Below are positions 1 to 9,816 of a stretch of DNA of 52,610 bases, piece by piece. The notes beneath the pieces are model-generated. The model did no database searches. It saw only the letters and a list, made by a program, of their open reading frames with translations, and was not told the DNA's origin. The DNA is from Candidatus Methylomirabilia bacterium (GTDB lineage: Bacteria > Methylomirabilota > Methylomirabilia > Rokubacteriales > CSP1-6), in the NCBI GenBank assembly GCA_041496385.1, contig JBGQEL010000023.1, forward strand, positions 1-52,610, written 5' to 3'. A program made the position numbers and the translations under genes. Position 1 is the stretch's first letter, and every line of letters begins with the position of its first letter.

Positions 1-435
1 GACGATGTCCCGTGCCCTCTCCAAGTATTCGGGCCGCCGCGTCAGCGACCACGCCGTGAGCAGCGTGCGAGCATGCTCCAGACTCTGCAATTCGAGCTGC
101 CATGTGGGATCTTGGAACGGGTCCGCCCACCAGTCGTCCGACCGAATCTGCACCGCGGGCCGGCCCGCCAGCGCCAGACGGCCCTCGAGAACGTCGTTTG
201 CCCGCGCGAGCGTCTCGGTCGTCGAGCGTTTCTTGAGCTCGCCGGCCAGCGTCAGCGAGCGTGCCCGCTCACGTGCCGCCTCGTCCGGCGTGGAGCGCGC
301 AGCCTCCACCTCGGCGGGCGTGACCACCACGGCGTGGATCCGATGCCGCCACCAGAGCGGCAACCATAGCGACGCGAGCAGCCCGAGCAGGATCACCCAG
401 TTCGCCCCGGCTACCCAGCGACGAGAGGCGGCCAC
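1..435 (-). CDS. Heparinase II/III-like (alginate-lyase-type alpha/alpha toroid) protein, N-terminal part; runs off the window edge
   Basis: Not in the ORF track. Manual translation from GTG at 435: MAASRRWVAGANWVILLGLLASLWLPLWW...ANDVLEGRLALAG...DDWWADPFQDPTWQLELQSLEHARTLLTAWSLTRRPEYLERARDIV. It has an N-terminal TM helix and the W-x-DP-x-D-x-W...L..AW..T...YL..A pattern of heparinase II/III-family N-domains. It starts 6 nt after the dehydrogenase stop. Confidence 0.6.
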   Translation of the reverse strand, partial: MAASRRWVAGANWVILLGLLASLWLPLWWRHRIHAVVVTPAEVEAARSTPDEAARERARSLTLAGELKKRSTTETLARANDVLEGRLALAGRPAVQIRSDDWWADPFQDPTWQLELQSLEHARTLLTAWSLTRRPEYLERARDIV

Positions 436-441
436 GCCCGA

Positions 442-1782
442 TCAGAGCGCCACCAGCCGGCCGCGAACTTCACTCCGCCGACCTATGCACTGCCGTGTGT
501 CGACGATCAGCTTGGCGTGGCGCCGGATCCTGTCGTAGTCGAAGTCGGGGTGATCCGTGACGATCAGCACGCAGTCAGTCTCACGCAGCGCGTCGTCGCT
601 CACTTCGACGGCCTTGAGCGCGGTCTCTCCCACGTGAAAAGTCGACACGTATGGATCCGCATAGGAAACATCGCCGCCCCACTGACGGAGCCGCACGATG
701 ATCTCCTCGGCCGGAGACTCCCGGGTATCCCCGACGGCGCGCTTGTACGCCACGCCGAGGACGAGGATTCGCGCTCCACGGACGGACCGGCCGTCCTCGT
801 TGAGGGCCTCGACGACCATCCCCACGACCTGCGCCGGCATCCCGCGATTGATATCGTCGGCGAGCGCGATGAAGCGCGCTTCGTATCCGTTGAGCCGCAT
901 CTTCCACGACAGGTACAGCGGATCGATCGGAATGCAATGGCCGCCGATCCCCGGGCCGGGGTAGAACGGCATGAAGCCAAACGGCTTGGTGGCCGCCGCA
1001 TCGATCACCTCACGAGTCTCCACACCCAAGCGTCTGCACATCAGCGCGAACTCGTTGGCCAGCGCGATGTTCACGTTCCGGAACGTGTTCTCGTACAGCT
1101 TCGCGAGTTCGGCGACGGTCGGGCTCGACACGGGATGCACGCGCGGCACGATCTCGCGGTAGAGCGCCGCGGCGAGCTCCGAGCATGCCGGCGTCACCCC
1201 GCCCACGACCTTCGGGATATCCGTCACCTTGAACGTCGCGTTCGCGGGATCGATGCGCTCCGGGGAGAAGGCGAGGAACAGATCGTGCCCCACCCGGGCC
1301 CCTCGTTCCTCGAACAGCGGACGCAAGAGCTCCTCCGTCGTGCCCGGATAGGTCGTGCTCTCGAGGACCACGAGCTGGCCCGGCCGAAAAGCCCGGACGG
1401 CGTCCTGCGCCGCGGCCACGACGTAGGAAATGTCCGGATCCTTGGACTTCCGGAGCGGCGTCGGCACGCAAATCAGCACCACGTCGCACTCGGCGAGCAC
1501 CGCCCGGTCGGTCGTCGGCTGATACCGTCCCGAGCGCAGGAGCTCCTGGAGCGTTTCGTCGGGCACGTCCGGGATGTGCGACCGGCCGCTGCCGAGCGAG
1601 GCGACGTATTCCGGATTGACGTCGAGTCCGACCACACGGAAACCCCGGCGCGCGAAGGCGACGGCCAACGGCAATCCGACATACCCCTGACCGATCACGC
1701 AGATCCGAGCCGAGTGGTCCGTGATGCGCTGCATCACCTGCGAGTCATAGTTCACCTGAGCGCTCCTCGCGGTCTGTGACAT
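442..1782 (-). CDS. UDP-N-acetylhexosamine 6-dehydrogenase (WecC/WbpA/TviB-type nucleotide-sugar dehydrogenase)
   Basis: Rossmann GQGYVGLPLA, CVPTPL, LESTTYPGTT, FSPERIDP, KLYENTFRNVNIALANE, catalytic GGHCIPIDP, LGVAYK..DTRESP. Start taken as MSQTAR (1782). Confidence 0.92.
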   Translation of the reverse strand: MSQTARSAQVNYDSQVMQRITDHSARICVIGQGYVGLPLAVAFARRGFRVVGLDVNPEYVASLGSGRSHIPDVPDETLQELLRSGRYQPTTDRAVLAECDVVLICVPTPLRKSKDPDISYVVAAAQDAVRAFRPGQLVVLESTTYPGTTEELLRPLFEERGARVGHDLFLAFSPERIDPANATFKVTDIPKVVGGVTPACSELAAALYREIVPRVHPVSSPTVAELAKLYENTFRNVNIALANEFALMCRRLGVETREVIDAAATKPFGFMPFYPGPGIGGHCIPIDPLYLSWKMRLNGYEARFIALADDINRGMPAQVVGMVVEALNEDGRSVRGARILVLGVAYKRAVGDTRESPAEEIIVRLRQWGGDVSYADPYVSTFHVGETALKAVEVSDDALRETDCVLIVTDHPDFDYDRIRRHAKLIVDTRQCIGRRSEVRGRLVAL

Positions 1783-1793
1783 GGAATGGCCTC

Positions 1794-2888
1794 TTACAGC
1801 CGACCCAACTCCACCAGGGCGTTCGCGAGCTTCAGCGGATCGTGGCGGATCTTCAGGCCTGGCAGCAGCATCGGCCGCCCCACGGGTCGACACCCCATCG
1901 CCCGTACGCGCTCCAAGTCGAGCGACACCGGGTTCGCCCCACCCTCGCGGTACTCTTCCAAGAGACTCCCCGGGACCGGGGCGGTGTTGAACAGCATGTT
2001 GTGAACCGGCACGTGAGGGGCGTGACGCTTGATGGCGAGCAGGTGGTCCGCGGCGGTATATCCATCGGTTTCGCCGCGTTCCGTCATGAGATTGGCGATG
2101 AGGGCGACCCGAGCCCGCGAGCGGGAGATAACGTCGCCGATCTCCTGCACCAAGAGATTCGGGATGATGCTCGTGTACAGGCTGCCGGGGCCGATGACGA
2201 CGATGTCGGCACGCGCGATGAGCTCAAGGACCCGCGGGACAGCGTGCACACCCGACGGGTCGAGGGTCACGCGACGAATCGGCTTGCGCTCGAGCGCGAT
2301 CTTGGACTCACCGTCCACCATCGTTCCGTCCATCAGCTCGGCGCGCAGCGAGACCTCTTCCAGCGTCGAGGGCAGAACCTCACCCTTGATCGTCAGCAGC
2401 CGTCCCCCGTGCTCGACGGCACGGTCGAAGAGCTTCCCCTCCATCATCGCGAGCGCCGTCAGGATGAGGTTGCCGAGGCTGTGCCCGGCGGTCTCACCCT
2501 GGCCGTCGAAGCGAAAGTCGAACAGGCTCGCCATCAACGGGTCCCCGTCGGCCAGCGCCAGGAGGCAGTTCCTGATGTCGCCGGGCGGCAACACGCCGTG
2601 CTCGCGGCGCAGCCGGCCGGAGCTTCCACCGTCATCGGCGACGGTGACCACGCCGGTCAGGCGGCTCGCGTCGATTGTCCCGGCGTTGGGCCCCGCCGGG
2701 AACAGCCTCGTCTTCAACCCCTGGAGCACGACGGGCAGTCCGGTGCCGCCGCCGAGGGCAACGACCCGGAGCTCCTGCTGAGGCACCTCGGACGGGACCG
2801 AGCTGAGGATCCATGCGTCGGTCTCGACACGCCATTCGTCACGGGTCATGTGGGACACGAACTCGCTGGGTGATCGATGTTCTGGCAT
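1794..2888 (-). CDS. yvcK: YvcK/GlmR (CofD-related) UDP-GlcNAc-binding protein
   Basis: VVALGGGTGL, VTVADDGGSSGRLR, LPPGDIRNCL, GHSLGNL, IGPGSLYTSIIPNLL, NLMTERGET, IRHDP. Confidence 0.9.
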   Translation of the reverse strand: MPEHRSPSEFVSHMTRDEWRVETDAWILSSVPSEVPQQELRVVALGGGTGLPVVLQGLKTRLFPAGPNAGTIDASRLTGVVTVADDGGSSGRLRREHGVLPPGDIRNCLLALADGDPLMASLFDFRFDGQGETAGHSLGNLILTALAMMEGKLFDRAVEHGGRLLTIKGEVLPSTLEEVSLRAELMDGTMVDGESKIALERKPIRRVTLDPSGVHAVPRVLELIARADIVVIGPGSLYTSIIPNLLVQEIGDVISRSRARVALIANLMTERGETDGYTAADHLLAIKRHAPHVPVHNMLFNTAPVPGSLLEEYREGGANPVSLDLERVRAMGCRPVGRPMLLPGLKIRHDPLKLANALVELGRL

Positions 2889-2899
2889 CCGACGGTCCC

Positions 2900-4084
2900 C
2901 TAGAAGAGCGTTTGCGGCACGACGACGACGTCGCCAGGCAGCAACGCCACGTCGGGGTTGTTCTTCGGATCCTTCTGCATCGCATTCACGTCAACCGAGA
3001 GCCTCGTCTTACCCTCCGCTTCGACCTTGCCGTCGCTGCCCTGGCCGACGCGCTTGTCGTCCAGGCTCGCGCCCTTCTCGCGGATGACCGTGATCCGGCC
3101 CGGAGCGGCGAATTTCGTGAAGCCGCCGGCGATCGACACGAGCTTCATGAGCGTCAACGCCTCGGCGCGTGGATACGCACCCGGTTTCACCACTTCGCCC
3201 ATGATGAAGACCGAGTTCTGGATGTCGCCACCCTCGGGAACGACGATCGTATCCTCGTGCTGGACCATCACATTCTGGGACAGGTCACCCTTCTGGATGA
3301 GCCGGCGCAAATTGACCGGAAGACGTTTGTCGCCCCGGATCACGAAGGCGGCGGTCTGATCGCCACCATCTGCGAGGCCGCCGGCCAGGAACAGGGCATG
3401 GAGAATCGGCAGATCCTGCCGGATCGTGTAGACGCCGGGCTTCTGGACCTTTCCGAGCACGTAGATGCGGCGCTCGGCGAGCTCCTGTGGATTCGCGCCC
3501 GCGACGATCTCCGGGACCACGACGGTATCTCCGGTGCGAAGCTGGAGATTTTGCTGGAGGTCGCCCTCCTGGATCAGGCGGCGCAGATTCACCGGGATCC
3601 GCTCGGTCCCGCGCACGATGTAGGCGGCGCCGAGATCGGCTCCGTCGGTGACGCCTCCGGCCAGCGTCAAGGCCTGCAGCAGAGGAATGCCGGCCTTGAC
3701 CGGATAGACGCCGGATTTCGCGACCCGGCCCATGAGGTAGACCTTGAAGCTCCGGATCTCCTGGACCACCACCGACACGTCAGGACTCTTCACTGACTTG
3801 CTGAGCCGCTCGGTCAGGATCCGCTTCAGCTCGGGTACGGTGATCCCGCTCGCTTCCACTTCGCCCGCCAGAGGAAAGGAAATCTTGCCATCCGGGCGGA
3901 CCGGTACTACCTGATCGAGGTCCTTGTTGTCCCAGACCGAGATATGAAGCAGGTCGTCGACGCCGATCACGTACTCGTCCTGGGCGCCTGCCGGGCTCCC
4001 GACGGCCACCAGCGATACGGCTCCGAGCAGGATCAGACCCACCAGAAAGAGACACCGCCCCCAATTCGTGTTCCGCAAATTCAT
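2900..4084 (-). CDS. wza: OPX/Wza-like polysaccharide export protein: Poly_export domain plus 3 SLBB domains, no C-terminal membrane helix
   Basis: Signal peptide, then EYVIGVDDLLHISVW...VRPDGKISFPLAGEV. Three (V/I)(Y/F)xxGxVxKxGxY...AGG repeats. Ends GDVVVVPQTLF. Start MNLRN at 4084 overlaps the wzc stop (ATGA). Confidence 0.85.
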   Translation of the reverse strand: MNLRNTNWGRCLFLVGLILLGAVSLVAVGSPAGAQDEYVIGVDDLLHISVWDNKDLDQVVPVRPDGKISFPLAGEVEASGITVPELKRILTERLSKSVKSPDVSVVVQEIRSFKVYLMGRVAKSGVYPVKAGIPLLQALTLAGGVTDGADLGAAYIVRGTERIPVNLRRLIQEGDLQQNLQLRTGDTVVVPEIVAGANPQELAERRIYVLGKVQKPGVYTIRQDLPILHALFLAGGLADGGDQTAAFVIRGDKRLPVNLRRLIQKGDLSQNVMVQHEDTIVVPEGGDIQNSVFIMGEVVKPGAYPRAEALTLMKLVSIAGGFTKFAAPGRITVIREKGASLDDKRVGQGSDGKVEAEGKTRLSVDVNAMQKDPKNNPDVALLPGDVVVVPQTLF

Positions 4085-6371
4085 CGCACCACTCCTTTTC
4101 GACGGCCGGTCGATTGACGGGAACGCCACCACGCGGGCAGCCAGCGCGGCCCCTTTGTCGGTGCGAATCTCACGTCGGACGAATAGTAGGCGCCATAGCG
4201 CGAGTAGTAATGCCGCGTGTCGCGGGGCGGCAGGCCGTTCAACACGATGCCGACCACCTTCGCGCCCACTCGCTCGAGTTTGTCCTTCGCCTCGACCAGT
4301 TCCCGCCGCTGCGTATGACCCGCCCGGGCAACGAGGATCACGGCGTCCACCATGGAGGCGAGAATGAGATTGTCCGACACGGCCAGGACCGGAGCCGAGT
4401 CGAACAGCACGCGGTCGCCGTGACTCGTCGTCACGCCCAACAGCACACCCGATTGCTCGGCGTTGAGCAGCGCACCGGCCCTGGCGGCCTTCACCGGGCC
4501 GGCGGGGACGAACACGAGATTCTCCTGAATCTCCTGTCGCACGTCCTCCCAGGCGAGGCCGCCGCGCAGGAGATCGACCAGTCCGCGTTCCGCGTGCGCG
4601 CCGATGACCCGGTGAAGCGTGGGCCGTCGCAGATCGCTGTCCACGAGGACGACGCGACGGCCGCTTTCGCAGAATGCCCGGGCCAGGTTCAAGAGGATCG
4701 TCGACTTGCCTTCGCGAGGGCCGGCGCTCGCGATCATCAGCGATCTCAGGGGCTGCTCGCGAGAGATGGATTCGAGGGCCGTCCTGATCGACCTGCACCC
4801 TTCGGCAGACAGCGACAGGGATCCGGGCGCCTCGAAGAGGTTGACCGGCTCGCGCCACGTCAGCTTGGGCTCCCTGGCGTTTCCGATGGCCGGCAGCCAT
4901 CCCAGGAGCGGAAGACCCGTTGCCCTGGCCGCCTCGTCTCCGGTCTCGATCGGTTGGTTGAGGTACTCGATAGCCGTCGCGAGCCCGATGCCGAGTCCCA
5001 GCGACGCCACGAGGCCCGCCAGGACGATCTTCTTCAGCGGGGAGTTCGTGGGGCTCGTGGGAAGACTCGCGAGATCGATCACCCGGAGGGTCCGGCCCCC
5101 GGCCTCCTCCTGGATACGCACGGCGCCCAGCCGCTCCGAAAGCAGGCTATAGAGATTCCGCTGGGTCTCGACCGTCCGCATGAGCCGCGAGCTTTCGAGC
5201 TGCTGGGCGCTCAAGCCCGACATAGAGGTCTGGAACGTCGCGATACGCCGCTTCAGCACGGCTTCCTTCGCATCGAGCGAAGAGACCTCGACCTCGAGAT
5301 CGGCCATCTGCCTCGAGAGCGCCGCACGCTCCGCCTGTCCGAGCTTCACCGGCGTCGACGGCTTAGGCTCCTGCACCGGCTGCAGAGCAGAGGCGAGGTT
5401 CCGCTGAACTTCCTTGATTTCATTGAGCGTCGCAACGACCAGGGGATGCTCATCCGTGTATTTCTCGCGCAGCGTAGAAACCTTCTGCTCGAGCTCACCC
5501 AGACGCTGCCGCATCTGATCCAGTACCGTCGCGCCGACCGACATTCCGGCGACACCTGGAAGTCCCTTGCCTCCCCTGAGGAAGCTCAGTCGCGACTTCG
5601 CGATCTCCTTGCTTGCCTGGATGTCCGCGAGCGTGTTCTCCGAGGCCGCGAGCTGCGCCAGCTGCGCGTTCGCCTGCTCGGGAAACCTTCCAATCACGCG
5701 CCCGCCGGTGGCCTTGGCGAGCGCTTCTTCCGCCTCCTGCAGGACGACCTTCGTCTGGTTCAGATAGCTCTCGAGGAACTCGCGCGTCGAGCGCGCTTCC
5801 TCGCGAACGACCGAGCGGCTCCGCGCCTGGAGCACGTCGACATACGTGTTCGTCAGATCCATGGCGACGCGCGGGGTGAACGCCGTCGCCTGGATCACCA
5901 CCTCCCCGGTGCGGCGGGTCTCGAATTCCACCCGCGAGCGCTGGAGCTCGCTCAGCGCCCGCTCGCGCGGGCTGGCGACGACGACCGCCCCACCCAGAAG
6001 CCGCCGGACACGGTTCTGCATGTCCATCAAATAGTCGTGTCCGATCGACCGCTCGATGAGCTCCGTCATGCTCTCCCGTGGCAGGTTCTCCAGCACCCCT
6101 TCGGCGAGGCTGCGGCTCCTGAGCACGGCGAGCTGCAGCTCACCGTCGTTGCTGGTGAGGAGATCGCGCAGGAGCCCCCCCGAGCCTGCGCGGCGATCCT
6201 CGATGAAGACGGTTGCGCGCGCCGTGTACGTCTTCGGTGCGAAGACGAGCGCCCAGATGATGACGGGCACACCGAGAGCGACGAACATCGACGCAATGAG
6301 CTTCCAGTGCTGCGCGACCCGTCGCGCGAAGCGCAGATAGTCCGTGCTCGGCTGGACGGATTCGTCCATCG

Positions 6372-6375
<4 letters not shown>
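4081..6375 (-). CDS. wzc: Wzc/GumC-type polysaccharide co-polymerase with BY-kinase domain
   Basis: Two TM helices flank a coiled-coil periplasmic region. Walker A SAGPREGKST, A' LVDSDLRRP, B VLFDSAP, Tyr cluster HYYSRYGAYY. Start MTMDES at 6375 overlaps the upstream stop. Confidence 0.9.
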
Positions 6376-7757
<1,382 letters not shown>

Positions 7758-7774
7758 GCCGAGAGGGTAAGCAA

Positions 7775-7791
7775 AGCGATTTCGATGCCAG
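7775..7791 (-). promoter_or_regulatory. sigma54 (-24/-12) promoter of the EPS operon
   Basis: Minus strand reads CTGGCATCGAAATCGCT, an exact GG-N10-GC, 18 nt upstream of the 7757 start codon. Confidence 0.65.
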
Positions 7792-7804
7792 CCGCTTCCG
7801 CTCG

Positions 7805-7817
7805 TAAGTCATTGAAA
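7805..7817 (-). promoter_or_regulatory. IHF-like binding site
   Basis: Minus strand reads TTTCAA-TGAC-TTA versus consensus WATCAA-N4-TTR, just upstream of the -24 box. Confidence 0.45.
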
Positions 7818-7926
7818 GAGTGTTCTGCGTATGCGGACGGCGATGAATCAGTTGCACAGGGACGGCAAGAATTGCGCGATGTCAAACGGCACGCCATTAT
7901 GACCCGATTCGTCCCAAATGGGAACA

Positions 7927-7965
7927 AATTTCCGGAAGCTAACTCCGAATTTCCGGAAGCTAACT
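7927..7965. repeat. 18-bp direct repeat with 21-bp period; candidate activator/enhancer sites
   Basis: AATTTCCGGAAGCTAACT at 7927-7944 and 7948-7965, each containing the palindrome TTCCGGAA. Confidence 0.8.
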
Positions 7966-8001
7966 ATTTGGAAAGAAAGAACTTGACGGATCAGGCGCCT
8001 A

Positions 8002-8017
8002 TGGCACAAAACTTGTT
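8002..8017 (+). promoter_or_regulatory. sigma54-like promoter for the beta-helix gene pair
   Basis: TGGCACAAAACTTGTT: consensus TGGCAC-N5-TTG with GT instead of GC at -12. An IHF-like TTCCAA-ATAG-TTA (minus strand, 7961-7973) lies upstream. Confidence 0.5.
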
Positions 8018-8034
8018 CCTTACACGAATCGCAC

Positions 8035-9816
8035 ATGGAAAAATCGATCTCACGAGGTAGCAGGCGACCATGCGGCGTGTTGCGCCGCTCGCCTGCGCTC
8101 GTTGGCGCGCTGGCGACGATACTGATTGCACCGTCCCTCGCTCTCGCCGTCCCGCACCTGCCCGCGGTGCCGTCGTCGATGGACGCCTCGATGCCCGACA
8201 CGACCGGCTACAACACCTATGGTCCGGTGGCGGCCGCGGATCTCCAGAGAGAGATCGACAGCGTTGGCGCCGCGACGGGGGGTCACAGCGCCTTGGACCT
8301 GACGAACGGTGTCATCATCACGGTGAGCGCCGGCACGACAACGAACCACATCCAGCTGCGGAACAAGGCGACCGCCGCGGGCAAGTGGATCGTCATTCGA
8401 TCGAGCCAACACGCGAGCCTGCCGCCGGCCGGCACGCGCATCGCCAAGAGCGACGCGGCCAGGATGTTCAAGGTGACGGTTCCCGCCGGTGGGATCGGCG
8501 TCGAGGCAGACAAGCCGTCCAGCAACTACCGGATCATCGGGCTCGAGGTCACGACCGCCGATGGCAACACGGCGCGCCCCGTGTACTACCTCGCCTGGAT
8601 CGGCGCCGGAGCCACGCAACCCTCACAGCTGCCGGACAACATCGTCTTCGATCGAGTCTACTTCCACGGCCTCGCCGGAGCCCAGAACCTCCGGAACGGG
8701 ATCGCCCTCTACACCAAGCGCGCGGCCGTCGTGGATTCGATCATCGATGAGGTCTGGCATCGAGGGGCTGAGTCGCACAACATCTACATGAACGACACGA
8801 CCGGACCCGTGCTGATCCAGAACAACCAGATCAGCAACGCCACGATCGGCGTGTTGACCGGCGGCGCGGCCAGCCGAATGGGCGTCGACGATGCGCCGTA
8901 CGACGTCACGATCCGCCGCAACTACTTTCTCAAGGACACGGCGTTCCGCGGCGCCCGGTTCGTCAAGAACCACATCGAGTTCAAGCGCATCACGCGGGCG
9001 CTGATCGAGCAGAACTGCCTCTTCCAGCTCTGGACGGGCGATGGCGATCAGAATGGTTCGGCGATGCAATTCATCTGCTTTACAGAGGGCGGCGCCGCCC
9101 CGAACTGCCGCCTGGACGATGTGACGGTGCGCTGGAACTGGGTCCGCGGAGCCGCCAGCGGCATCAACGCCTCGGGAGAGGATGTCGGCAGCCACGTCAA
9201 GGAGGGCGCAGCACGCCTGCACGTCCACGACAACCTCTGGGACGACATGAATCGTCAAGCCTGGGACCCCATTGGTGGCGCCGTCGCCAGAGGCTTCATG
9301 GGGGTCTTCAACGGATACTACGACGTCACGGTCGACCATAACACCGTCATCCTCGCCGGGGCGAACTCGGGCCAGGCGTACTGGGCGGCAGGACTCTCGA
9401 CGCGGATGCCCGGGTCGGCGATGACCGGGTTCACGTTTACGAACAATCTCGCGCAGAGCCGCGACTACGGCTGGTGGTCGGACGGCGGCGAGACCAACGT
9501 GACCGTGAGCCTCGACAAGTACTACGGCGCGCCACCCCGGCCGTGGCGGTTCAAGAACAACGTCATCGCGGACGGGCCGGCCAACTCGGGCTACCCGGGC
9601 GGAAACTTCACCGAGCCCGTCGGACCCTGGCAGAGCGCTTTCGCAGACATCGTGGCGCGTCACTATCAGCTCAAGGCCACGAGCCGCTGGACGGGCCGTG
9701 GCATCGATTTCAACGACCACGGCGACGGCACCGACATCGGGGTCAGCAGCTATCCGACGTTCGTGACCAAGCTCCTCGGCGTTCAGGCCGGAAGTCCGGA
9801 AGGCAATCGGCGATGA
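8035..9816 (+). CDS. Secreted right-handed parallel beta-helix (pectin-lyase-fold-like) protein, paralog 1
   Basis: Signal peptide ending ...APSLALA. Asn/Ile/Val ladder motifs: NIVFDRVYFHG, VLIQNNQISN, DVTIRRNYF, VTVDHNTV, FTFTNNL, FKNNVI. Start uncertain (ATG 8035 or GTG 8077). Confidence 0.7.
   Translation: MEKSISRGSRRPCGVLRRSPALVGALATILIAPSLALAVPHLPAVPSSMDASMPDTTGYNTYGPVAAADLQREIDSVGAATGGHSALDLTNGVIITVSAGTTTNHIQLRNKATAAGKWIVIRSSQHASLPPAGTRIAKSDAARMFKVTVPAGGIGVEADKPSSNYRIIGLEVTTADGNTARPVYYLAWIGAGATQPSQLPDNIVFDRVYFHGLAGAQNLRNGIALYTKRAAVVDSIIDEVWHRGAESHNIYMNDTTGPVLIQNNQISNATIGVLTGGAASRMGVDDAPYDVTIRRNYFLKDTAFRGARFVKNHIEFKRITRALIEQNCLFQLWTGDGDQNGSAMQFICFTEGGAAPNCRLDDVTVRWNWVRGAASGINASGEDVGSHVKEGAARLHVHDNLWDDMNRQAWDPIGGAVARGFMGVFNGYYDVTVDHNTVILAGANSGQAYWAAGLSTRMPGSAMTGFTFTNNLAQSRDYGWWSDGGETNVTVSLDKYYGAPPRPWRFKNNVIADGPANSGYPGGNFTEPVGPWQSAFADIVARHYQLKATSRWTGRGIDFNDHGDGTDIGVSSYPTFVTKLLGVQAGSPEGNRR

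Noticed and set aside
7927..7965. Direct repeats as a possible CRISPR array
   Set aside because: Only two 18-bp copies with a 3-bp gap, no spacers and no cas genes.
8070..8110. Possible frameshift: ATG 8070 (MRRVAPLACA) joining the beta-helix frame
   Set aside because: In-frame starts at 8035 and 8077 already give a valid signal peptide, so no frameshift is needed. Raw reads would settle it.
9474..9812. N-terminal extension of the 1204-aa ORF
   Set aside because: It overlaps the upstream paralog in another frame; the signal peptide starts at 9813.
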